Source: Eledone cirrhosa
Taxonomy: Eukaryota
Reading direction: 5' to 3'
Assembly: GCA_964016885.1 (NCBI GenBank)
Contig: OZ024743.1
Span: 298,530,001-298,594,000, forward strand
DNA: 64,000 nt
This document shows, piece by piece, positions 39,693 through 50,937 of this stretch. The notes beneath the pieces are model-generated. The model was not told where the DNA came from. It made no database searches and saw nothing but the letters and a program-made list of their open reading frames with translations. The position numbers and the translations under genes are program-made. Every line of letters starts with the position of its first letter. Position 1 is the first letter of the stretch.

Positions 39693-40314
39693 ATAACATT
39701 CGATTCGTTTGCAATTATGCAAACAAGCCTCAATTTTATAGCCATGTCAGTAGAATGAACCCTTCATTCTTGCTCTTGTGTTGGCTTGTGAACAGAACTG
39801 CAGACACTAATGTTTCTGGGTATCAGTACAGCTCACTGTTCACCTGCCAACCTGTCAGAGCTAGTGAAAATATATGATATTTTCAAAAATACACAGTGAC
39901 TGATCGGCCTGATTTGCATATTAGCAGACTGGCTGATCAGTAAGATCTGCATATTAGCAGATCCACTGATCAGCCAGATTTGCATATTAGCAGACTGGCT
40001 GATCAGTAAGATCTGCACATTAGCAGATCCACTGATCAGCCAGATTTGCATATTAGCAGACTGGCCAGTCAGTTTCCTGCATACGAGCGATATTGTTTGG
40101 CTTTGCCAAATTCAAATACAAAAGAAAGTTTTCGTTTTACATGGCTGAATACAATAAATGTGAGCTGTACTGATGAAGGGTGATACCCAGAAACATTAGT
40201 GTCTGCAGTTCTGTTTCACATGCCAACACAAGAACAAGAACGAAGGGTTCATTCTACTGACATGGCTATAAAATTGAGGCTTGTTTGCATAATTGCAAAC
40301 GAATCGAATGTTAT
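39693..40314 (+). mobile_element. Non-coding HHR element with about 145-bp inverted arms and internal 33-bp repeats
   Basis: 39693-39835 is inverted at 40161-40314. Five 33-bp units (ctgatcagccagatttgcatattagcagactgg and variants) at about 39898-40068. Confidence 0.85.
40164..40209 (+). ncRNA. Type I hammerhead ribozyme motif (GUC site)
   Basis: gctgta CTGATGA a gggt gat accc a GAAA cattagtg TC tgcagt. Confidence 0.8.
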
Positions 40315-40420
40315 CATTAATATTCGAAAAACTCAGATTACATTTATTGTATTCAGGAAAAACTTGAACCGTTAAGATCTTCTTCCTGGATATGCCAATA
40401 TTTATAAAACAAACTTTGCA

Positions 40421-40477
40421 TTTTATCTGATGAGTGCGTACCAAAGTTTTGGTACCCTTGAAATATATATAATAGAA
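40421..40477 (+). ncRNA. Type I hammerhead motif
   Basis: ttttat CTGATGA gtgc gtacca aagttt tggtac cctt GAAA tatata TA atagaa. The base of stem II is mismatched. Confidence 0.7.
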
Positions 40478-40614
40478 ATTTATTTAATATCATTGATATT
40501 ATACTCCAGAAAACTTGTCGAGTGCTTTGAATCAGTTATAAACATGTATATTTGTTGAATTACCAACACATATTCCTTTTGCTTATATATATATATATAT
40601 ATATAATACCAATA

Positions 40615-40661
<47 letters not shown>

Positions 40662-40662
40662 A

Positions 40663-40780
<118 letters not shown>

Positions 40781-40822
40781 CCAATATATATATATATATA
40801 TATATATATAGGAACCAGTAAG

Positions 40823-40916
40823 ACCCCGACAGCTGAGCTCAAGCCGTTTCGACGGCTAATTCTGGACTAAATGAACATTTATCCTGGTATTTAAATAGCC
40901 GATCTTCTCAAGGGGT
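40823..40916 (-). ncRNA. Mirror copy of the U3-A8 hammerhead
   Basis: Exact reverse complement of 40935-41028. Confidence 0.72.
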
Positions 40917-40934
40917 AATTCCATATATGGAATT

Positions 40935-41028
40935 ACCCCTTGAGAAGATCGGCTATTTAAATACCAGGATAAATGTTCATTTAGTCCAGAATTAGCCGTC
41001 GAAACGGCTTGAGCTCAGCTGTCGGGGT
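40935..41028 (+). ncRNA. Type I hammerhead with U3-A8 core
   Basis: acccc TTGAGAA gatcggcta...tagccgtc GAAA cggc ttgagctca gctg TC ggggt. Confidence 0.75.
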
Positions 41029-41247
41029 CTTACTGGTTCCTATTACCCACTCTACTACCTCAAGTATTGAGTACTTTGGTGCGTTATGGTCCACCTGGTT
41101 CCTTACCACATTTCCTTCGTTATATATATATATATATATATAATACCAATCATTGTAAGTTTGAATCTAACTGACATGCAAAAACATATATATAGGAATA
41201 ACGTAAGCCCAAATCATAGTAGATTCAAATATCACAGAGAGAAAGTG

Positions 41248-41334
<87 letters not shown>

Positions 41335-41435
41335 GGGGAGAAATATGGTGGAACAGAAATCAAACATAGATTACTTATTAAAATGTAGTCTAGATAGATG
41401 AGAAACAAAACGGGGATGTAGTTTATGGAACACCC

Positions 41436-41873
41436 AAATGATTTAGAAGTCGACCTTAAGTAGCAACAATAACATTAAGAAAGACAGGAAGAACACCACA
41501 TCAATTTTGAAAGTAGGTTTATAAGTATGAATTTTTATGAGATTTTCGTAATTGTCTCTGTGGCGTAGCGGTAGGTACTAGTCACGGTGGAGCTCCTGGC
41601 TTTGAGTTCAATCCTGGTCAAGAGGTACATGTAGCTTTTTTTCAGTTTTTATTTTACAACCAATAGAAAAAACTGAAAAGGTTTGCCGGGAACCCTACTC
41701 CCGACCAGGATCACCACCGTCTATGATTCCCCCAACTAGGCAACCGAGCCAGCTACAAAAGTATAATGAAAATTGATCATTTTAAACCTACTTTTAAAAA
41801 GTTAAAAAGATGTGGTGTCGTTCATAGCTTTCCTAGAGCTATTAGTAATATTTAGAGTCGACTTCTGGTCATT
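41436..41873. mobile_element. Degenerate inverted-repeat element with internal tRNA-like (A/B box) segment
   Basis: Paired arms agaagtcgac/gtcgacttct, acaccacatc/gatgtggtgt and aaagtaggttta/taaacctacttt. TGGCGTAGCGG at 41561, GAGTTCAATCC at 41604, T-run at about 41636. Confidence 0.55.
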
Positions 41874-42091
41874 ATTGAAAGTCTCTGGATTTCTCAAAAT
41901 ACATAATATTTTTTTTTGGAGAAGGTAAAATATTCTTTCGCAAAAATTTGATTGCACTGTTTTGTTTCTACTTATGTATTTTTTGAAATGTCATTTATTC
42001 ATTATAAAAAATAAATGATAGCATTCTATATGTAGGTGAGCCTCCTTCATCTCCTGCCAACCAACATTCTTAGATCCAGTCCGGCATTGTA

Positions 42092-42153
<62 letters not shown>

Positions 42154-42846
42154 CACACAGCGATATAATAAAATCATTAGTTTATGCACACTTAGTCTAG
42201 ATATCGCAACGCTGAATTTCTCCTGGTCATTCAGGTATTTACGGGTATTTTCTACACTATCATACATGTCTTTTTTTCCGTGCTCAGCGTTTAAATTGAA
42301 TAGCTTAACAAAATAGATATCACTAAAAAAAGCTCATTTTTCTTGAAAATTAAATAATTTGCTAAGGTGAAATCATAAACTTTATAACAATAAACGGGGA
42401 GATTCTAGACTAACGGTGAACCGTGGCGCGCCGGCTCGTCGCCAAAATTGCAGCTCCATCATCCGACTATTCTGCGGAGGGTCAACAACCCACCCAGGAG
42501 AACCCACAACCTGTTACGACACCAATTCTCATATACATTTTTAAAATCCTAAATATTACTTCATTTTCTATTTTAAACACCATGTCCCCACCACTAAACC
42601 AATTCATTTGTTTGTCAATTGTCCCGCCGCATATTAGCGTAGAATTTTTAAAATGAAATAAAAAAATTCTAAAAAGGAAATAAAAAATTCAGAAAGAATT
42701 TCCTTGGTAATATGTAGAAAAATTATTGATTAACGTTTTGATGTCATACACATTTAATATCGCATATCAGTTAATATAAATAAAATACAATAGTTCTACC
42801 TGGTAATATAGCAGCCAAATTCTGTTTAGATCATGCCATACTGTTT

Positions 42847-43045
42847 TACGAGGGTTGGAAATGTTCATAGGCTGATCAAGATACTCTCATTGAATGACAA
42901 AATGAGGTTTATTTTTCAACATAGTCCCTGGAAAGAAACAACGTAGTTATTAATAAGAAGAGTTGAAATTAATGCAAGCAAGATTTCACAGTTCTTGCAT
43001 CAATTCTTCATAGTTAGTCTATAAACCTTTCAGCCGACCCTCGTA
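42847..43045. mobile_element. Mariner-type MITE
   Basis: Termini TA-cgagggt ... accctcg-TA, with further partial complementarity (cataggctga/ttagtctat). Confidence 0.7.
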
Positions 43046-43067
43046 TACACACACACACACTCTCTCT

Positions 43068-43132
<65 letters not shown>

Positions 43133-43183
43133 GTAATAATAGTAATAAACGGAATATATAAAACTACAGATCATTATTTATTT

Positions 43184-43290
43184 CGAGGTTAACTTTGCCT
43201 TTCATCCTAACGGGGGCTGATAAAAGAAAGTACCAGTATACACTGGATTAATTGCTGGCCTTGTGCCTATTGTAGGAACAATTATTTATT
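43184..43290 (+). mobile_element. 5'-truncated SINE
   Basis: cgaggttaactttgcctttcatcc...ggccttgtgcc...aacaattatt, the same family as 43299-43491. Confidence 0.75.
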
Positions 43291-43298
43291 TCATTAAG

Positions 43299-43491
43299 GG
43301 CAGTGGATTGGCAGTATCGGTAGAGGGTCCGGCGCCATGCTTTGAAGCATGGAGTTACCTCCATTTATGATCTGAGTTCAAATCCCGCCGAGGTTAACTT
43401 TACCTTTCATCCTTACGGGGTCGATAAAATAAAGTACCATTAATGCACTGGGATAATTGCTGGCCTTGTGCCCAAGTAGAAACAATTATTT
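43299..43491 (+). mobile_element. tRNA-type SINE, full length
   Basis: A box TGGCAGTATCGG, B box GAGTTCAAATCC, conserved body gccgaggttaactttacctttcatccttacggggtcgataaaataaagtacc, tail agtagaaacaattatt. Confidence 0.85.
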
Positions 43492-44303
43492 ATTTCATTA
43501 TATATATTTCAGGGATACTAAATTATAGTATGCCTTCTTCAGACAAAATACAATATTAGATGTATCAAATGTTATATGACATACTCGTAGAAGAGACTGT
43601 ATACGATCAATTCAAAACGGGTATGTTTATATATATATATATATATATATAAAAGCTAACAAAGGAGACCTTTATGTGGTTGCATGATTGTTTAAAACTA
43701 GAAGTCAACTCTTCCTCAAATCATATCTGAAATGTATAGTTAACTATCTCTGTCAATTGCTTTAACTAGAACATAAACAATTCTACATCAAACCCGGAAA
43801 CCATAATTAAAACAAATCAACCCCAATTACAAGACACATACCGCAAAAGACAAAAAATAAATTCAACACGTCCTTTAAAACCTTACCACAGCCCCTCAGC
43901 AAAACAACAACCAGCCTGCTTCAATTACTGGTATTGGAGCGACGAACGTCATGAGGCTACATCCGTCTTATTATGAAGTATCTATTTCACTCTGCAGTGA
44001 CTACTATGCATGTATGGATCAATGAAACCTCTTGAAATAGCAGCCGAATCTTTCTTAAATCACATGCTGCTGTAAAATTAGATCTTTTCACAACATTCGC
44101 CGTTCCCACATTCGCAGATTGGCACCAAGATATTTGATTTTAAAACATGATCTACTTGTAAATATTTACCAGTAATAAAACATTGCTTGCTTCACTAAAA
44201 ATCCCCTTTTGCCTCGTGGTTAACCGAGAATAGTAGTCTCATGAGACGGTGTTTGGTAGTTGAAGCCGGGAGAAACATAATGGCTGAAGAAGATTAATTA
44301 TAA

Positions 44304-44490
44304 TAATTGTTTCTACTTTAGGCACAAGGCCAGCAATTACCCAGTGCATTACTGGTACTTTATTTTATCGACCCCGTAAGGATGAAAGGCAAAGTCAACC
44401 TCGGCGGGATTTGAACTCAGATCGTAAAGAAACATAACTATGCTGGAAAGCATGGCGTCCGACCCTCTACCGATACTGCCAATTCACCGA
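44304..44490 (-). mobile_element. tRNA-type SINE
   Basis: Reverse complement of the same family. Flanked by attaattatataat/attaattataataat, a possible TSD. Confidence 0.85.
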
Positions 44491-44769
44491 TTAATTATAA
44501 TAATGGATAAAAATAGTGGGATTTATATTGACATTCTTAAGTAGGTTTGTAACTGGCTAGGGGTAATTAAATTTTATCGAAATAAACTTTATTAATGTAA
44601 CTGTTTTGTATACACCTTTAAAATTATTAATAAACAAAATATGTACATAACTGATATATTTTTTCTAGCATAGAGGGAATAGAAATAGGCATAATATATA
44701 ATATATAATTATAGCCAAGCACCACAAAGAAATCGAATTTTAGTAAATGTACATACAGCCTCAAAGAAC

Positions 44770-45020
44770 CTGTTTTCAGTTTAAAGACGATTGGCATAGC
44801 ACACACGTTGAAGCAGAAACAGTAAAATCAAAGAATCATACGGTAATTCAACTGAAAGACATCTAATACAATGAAAATCAAGTTTTCATCTGTAAAATTT
44901 GTAATGAAGCAAACGTTTCCAGCTTGTTTATTACAGGTAAAAGAGATAGAGAGAGTTGGAAATTGGATTACGTGAAAAGGTATTTATCACAGAAACAACA
45001 TATTTCTGCTACCGAAATTC
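44770..45020 (+). pseudogene. Decayed TTF-type zinc-finger remnant
   Basis: FICKICNEANVSSLFITGK...WKLDYVKRYLSQKQH. Confidence 0.45.
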
Positions 45021-45347
45021 TTAGAAACGGGATTATTCAACCATTAAAAGTATTTCCCGAGGGAAATTTGGATAAAAAGAGAAAAAAACAGAAGTAAAGG
45101 AAATATAGGTTTCCAAGGCAAATGAGGTAAATACTCTCAGAGATAATGTGTTATTTGCAATACAAACAGTCGCTTCAATAGACACTATACAATATATATA
45201 TACAATAATTTGGCTTAATATGTACTCTTGCTAACATGTTGATATAGTAAAAATCAATGCTTTCGAATGTGTGTAATCAATAAAGCGCGTCATCCATTCG
45301 GAAATTATGTCAGAAATTCGGTAATCAAACCATCATACATTATTTGT

Positions 45348-45538
45348 TGGTGGATTGGCAGTATCTGTAGAGGGTCGGACGCCATACTTTGCAGCAAAGA
45401 GTTACGGCCCTTTATGGTCTGAGTTCAAATCCCGTCGAGGTCGCCTTTGCCTTTCATCCTTACGGAGTCGATAAAATAAAGTACCAGTAATACACTAGTA
45501 TAATTGCTGGTCTTGTGCCAAAAGTAGAAACAATTATT
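45348..45538 (+). mobile_element. tRNA-type SINE
   Basis: Same A box, B box and body as 43299-43491. Confidence 0.85.
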
Positions 45539-48087
45539 TGTTAATAAAACCACAACTATTTCTGCTTGCAAAATGCTGATCCTCTCTTTTAAGTTCAGGG
45601 AAATATCTACTGAAAATTATTAGACCATTTTGGGCGAATTTTAAAATTGGATTCCTGCAATACAGAATCGACTAAAATACGATAAAAATATATATAATAC
45701 CAATTAGTTGGACATAAAAAATGCTATTTTCATTTCAGATGACGTATCTATAATAGTGGTTGGTTCCCAAATGATTTTTTTTACTCAGGCGCACGTTTTG
45801 ATAAAGTAGAAATATGCTGGCGCACTTTGAACTATAAACTCGAAAATATATTCAAAAGAGTTGACAGTTTGTACTATTTTCCACAAATCTTGTTACTAAA
45901 CTTTACTTGTTTGCCACTTTGACTTTCACACAAATTTCAGTTTGTATTTTTCACAACTTAAAACTTCATCTTATACTTTTGCGGCGTATCTAGTTACATC
46001 TCGCGACGAACGGATGCGCTGCGGCGCATGGTTTGGGAAATACTGATCTATAATGTTAGGAAAAACGAATGAATAGAAACTCGGCTGTAACAACATATCC
46101 TTTATCCAAGAGAGCAGCAGTGAGTTGCACATCGTGAAGATATAACAATAATTAATGCTTAATACAGTTTTCTGTTGAGCATAATTTCTAAATAGGAAAT
46201 TTGAATAAATAGGCAAAAGTATAGTATGTGAAACTTTATTATCCCGTGTTTTTAATGAGGTACGGTGGTTATCAAAATATTTGCTCTTCAAAGCACTCGT
46301 GTGAAATTATGAAGCCTTTTTGAATTATTTTAAATAATGATCCAATCGCATAATACTGCTGTAGAAAACTGTCCGATGATACTTATCAAGTTACAATTTC
46401 TATAATAATCGATATTTTTTATGAGTTAGATGAATAATGCAATGCTATAAAAATAGCAGTTTAGCTGTTAGTAAAGGAAAAAAAATTGTAAAATGAGAAA
46501 AATATATTTTCTAAAAATTGGTTTAAGGAGTAGCATAGTTGAAAACATCATCTCATTTCGTATAAAAGATGAAGTCTTTGAGATAAAGGAACTTAAATTT
46601 TTTTCTTCTCTACGTGAAAATTTGTTGAAACGATTTCCTGCGAAATGAACTTGAAGGTTCTTCTTCTTCTTCTTCTTCTTCTTCTTCTTCTTCTTCTTCT
46701 TCTTCTTCTTCTTCTTCTTTAAAAAGAGTCTATTATTTATTTTAGCATGAGCAGTATAATAAATTTACTTCAAAAATAAAAGAAAAGCAAAGGAAAATAT
46801 TGTTGGTTCGGACCAAGGAAACATTATTTCCATTTATCTTTCCATTGCTGATACTATATGCCGGACGCAACGCTTGGTAGAAGGAGCAACATGAAATAAA
46901 GAATTTTGCTCATCATCCGATCCAGGAAGCCATCCCACGATCTTATGATCGTAAGTTCAACACTCTAATCAAAAAGCAACAAAGAGATCGTGAACTTTGA
47001 CGAAGAAAACCCCATTGTGCTCTAGTCAATATAATACCATCAAATATTTAATAGCTAAACAAGTTAAAATAAAATCTTTGAAACCTTTCAAGTAATAGCG
47101 GCCTACATTATGAAGAGTACTGATTGTTTAAATGTCATCTTTTAGCTACTTGATATATGTGCAACCTTTCAAGCATCAAGTGTTGATTGTGAATGCGTAT
47201 TAAATCTTTTAAATACTATTAGTAAAAATCACATATGCATTAAATACTGTAAGGCGTAATCGCAAGGAAATAAACCTTGAATACAAAAAAATATACAGCA
47301 TTTGAAAAATGCAACGCATTGAGGAAAACAATAACTCTCTTGACAGTCGAATGCTTACACATTTGTTGATTTAAAGAAATCTATTTTGATATTTACAACT
47401 TAACCTTTTCAAAATATATAACAAAGAAGTTATCTTTTCAATAAAAGGGTTTATATATTTTACAAGAAAATTTTAATGTCAAATATTACACATAAATGTG
47501 TTAAGCAATTATTCATTTTTGTCTAATATACTTATAATTTATATAATAAAAAAATAAATATAGGATTGAATAATTATATATAAATAATAAAGAAAAATCG
47601 ATATAATGAATTAAACATTTCTTTTATTATACACATTTTGTTTCGTAAGCGTTAGACAAAAATCAATTATCGACTCATAAGTAAACAGTCACAGACTCCA
47701 GTTTTACGTCTTCCCACGTTTTATGGCCCGGCGCAAGCCATGAAAAATAATAGAGGGAGAATTGATCACTACTGCATCAAAATAATATTTACCACCAGCA
47801 GCACCAGCAACACCACCACCACAAGCAGCAGAACAGCAGCTTCAACACCAGCACCAGCACCACGAATATTTTAATTCATAAGTGTTATTCCCTATGAGGA
47901 ATTATTTCAGTGCATCTGACTCTTTAATCCAATTCAAAGTATACACTGAAAACGAACGCACTTACACACACGCGCACACATAATCATCATCATCATCATC
48001 ATGAATAACAACAGCCAGAGCAACAGCGATAACACAATCATACACAACGACGACGACGACAACAAAAACTACAGAAACAACACACAC

Positions 48088-48190
<103 letters not shown>

Positions 48191-48304
48191 CTCAAACACA
48201 GAGGACATGTGGATTTCTCAAGTGGTCACCCGTGAATATTCCACAAGAAATAATGTAACTTCAATGATCGGAGGGGAACCAGTTATCATGATGGTTTCTG
48301 ATTT

Positions 48305-48492
48305 AGGCACAAGTACAATAACTTTTTGGGAAAGGAAAGTGTATGTTACTGGTACTTTATTTTATCGACCCTGTAAGGATGAAAATCAAAGCTAACTTCG
48401 GCGGGATTTGAACTTAGAACTTAAAGGGACGCAACTACATAGTGCAAAGCATATTGTCCGACGCTCTACCGATACTGCCAATCCACCGCCCT
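48305..48492 (-). mobile_element. tRNA-type SINE
   Basis: Reverse complement of the family head (ctctaccgatactgccaatccaccgccc) and body. Confidence 0.8.
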
Positions 48493-48852
48493 AGAAACAG
48501 TTATCATGATAATATTTCAGTTGCGCCTTACTGAGCCAGACAGGCGATATTCTCTGGTCTTACTAGCTAGCTTCGGTCGCTTAGCAGTTCCCAGATGTAC
48601 TTTAAATACCGTCTCTTCTGCTGGTCTGGTTTCTTCACACAATATTGTGAGACGTGCATCTAGGAATTGTGCAGAGGCTCGTATTTTCAGACTCTCAATG
48701 TCTGATATAGTAATCTCAGTTGGCAGAAGACCAAAGAGTGGATGAGGAGCGACGTTCCTAGCCTTTTGGTTAAGCCGACATTTGAAACTTGAACGGTGCG
48801 TTTGATGCCCAGTGTCATTCTCGTACACATCTCACTAAAACCATACTCTGAT

Positions 48853-49260
48853 ATACAGGGTGAGTCATAAGACAGTTCAACATTTATATTCCAAATGATA
48901 TTTATTAAAATGTTGGCCATATAGTACGAAATTATAAATACATAAAATATAAATAGTTAAAAATTACAATCAAAGTAAGTGTTGAACAAGCTGACCCCGT
49001 GCCTCAATACATTTTGAACCTCTATTATGAACAGAATAACATACACGTCGACACAAGTCGACATTGATTTAGGCACAAGAATTCACAATCATTGCTTTAA
49101 GCTGCTGAACACTTCTCGGTTTTTCAGTGCAGACTGAATTCTTCAGTACACTCCAAAGAAAAAAGTCAAGAGGTGTAAGATCAGAAGATCAAGGAGGGTA
49201 CTCTATAGAACCACGTTACCGATCGATCTGCGTGGGAAGTGTTCCTGTGAAGTTGGTGGG
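48853..49260 (-). mobile_element. Tc1/mariner transposon 3' end remnant
   Basis: Terminus TA-cagggtg. Minus strand reads RGSIEYPP*SSDLTPLDFFLWSVLKNSV...PRSVQQLK (WPPRSPDL(T/N)P motif). Confidence 0.8.
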
Positions 49261-49814
49261 AAGGTTACATCTGTGATTTTATCAATCATAATTTTCGGGA
49301 ATCGGATGACCTGAAGCTAATAAACATCAACGGCATCAACAATGTTATACGGCAAAAAATGTAGTTTGTATGTTTGGCCAGTCTGAAATATTAAAGTAAA
49401 ATACCTCATTGGAGCTATCTGACACGGACGCTAGATTGGGGAATCGACAAAATATGCCTTAACAACGAAGTCCCTCGCAGAATCTTGTACAAATACAACC
49501 TAAACATCTATACTTGTATCTCTTTTATTATTCGTGTTTCTGTGCAAAACGAGGGACATGATAGGACCGGCGATGACAGCAGTAATCATATCAGTAGCAA
49601 CAGCAGCAGCAGTAGTAGTAATAGTAAGGGGAAATTTATTACTGAAAGGATGATAGCGGTTGCGTTGTATACCCAAACATAAATACATACATGCACACAC
49701 GCACACTCACATTTACACACACACAAGCATACAAACAAACGCATACACATTCACAAAAAACACACACACATCAACTATAACAATAGCGAATGTGTGTCTA
49801 TTTATTTATTTACT

Positions 49815-50492
49815 AGCTTCAAAGTGCCATATTTTCCACACTAATTCCCCATTGCCATAAGGGGGCACATTATCTCCATATATCCATACTGCGTCACTGA
49901 AGCTCCCCAGTTCCATAGTGTGCCACCCTAGCTCCGCAGTGCCATAGTGCGACACCAAGGTACCGTATTTTATCACCCTATCTCCCCATTGCCATACTGC
50001 GAAATCCTAGTTCCATTTTCCCATACTGTATCACACAAACTTCCCAGTTTCACAATGTGACACCCAAGCTCCGCAGTGCCGTATTACGGCACCCTAGCAT
50101 CAAAGTGCCATGTTTTCCCACACTATCTCCCCATTTCCATAGGGGTCACCCTAGCACCATATTTCCATACTGTGTCACTGAAGCTCCCCAAGTCCATAAT
50201 GTGCTACCCTATCTTTGCAGTGCCATAATGCGACACCTTAGCTTCAAAGTGCCTTATTTTTCAACCCTATCTCACTATTGCTATACTGCGTCACCCTAAC
50301 TCCATATTTCCATACTGTGTCACTCAAGCTTCCCAGTGCTATAGTGTGACACCCTAGCTCCACAGTGCCGTACTGTGTGACCCTAGCGCCGCGGTACCAT
50401 AGGGCGGCACCTATCTTCGAAGTGCCGTATTCTACCTCCCTATCTCCCCATTGCCATATTTTACCATTCTATGTTCCCAGTGCCATACTGTC
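49815..50492 (+). repeat. Degenerate GC-richer tandem repeat
   Basis: Recurring modules gtgccata, ccatactgtgtcac, caccctagctcc and ctatctccccatt. Confidence 0.7.
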
Positions 50493-50578
50493 TTAAGACG
50501 TCAATGATGATGACGAAGATGATGATGATAGTGAAGATTTTTTTACACCATTCCCCCATACACACACACACACACACA

Positions 50579-50707
<129 letters not shown>

Positions 50708-50937
50708 CTTTGTGCAAAAGTTGAAACGCTGATTTCTTTTTCTTTTTTTCGCCGTAGAATTTTCACCATCCCCCTTCCTCCGTTTTAACTCATTTATCTC
50801 ACAAGCGGACTGACACACGGACGGACACGATTCAACTTTTATTTATATAGATATGTATAAATATTTCGTATCTCCATTTATACATATTGTATAAAGCTAT
50901 GCTTGAAGCGAAATCCTATTTCTTTTTTATATAGATA

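Larger units (their letters stand above)
40808..41043. repeat. Perfect 236-bp palindrome carrying mirror-image HHRs
   Basis: Centre ccata|tatgg at 40925/40926 with no spacer. Arms read as exact reverse complements out to ataggaacc and ggttcctat. Confidence 0.9.
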
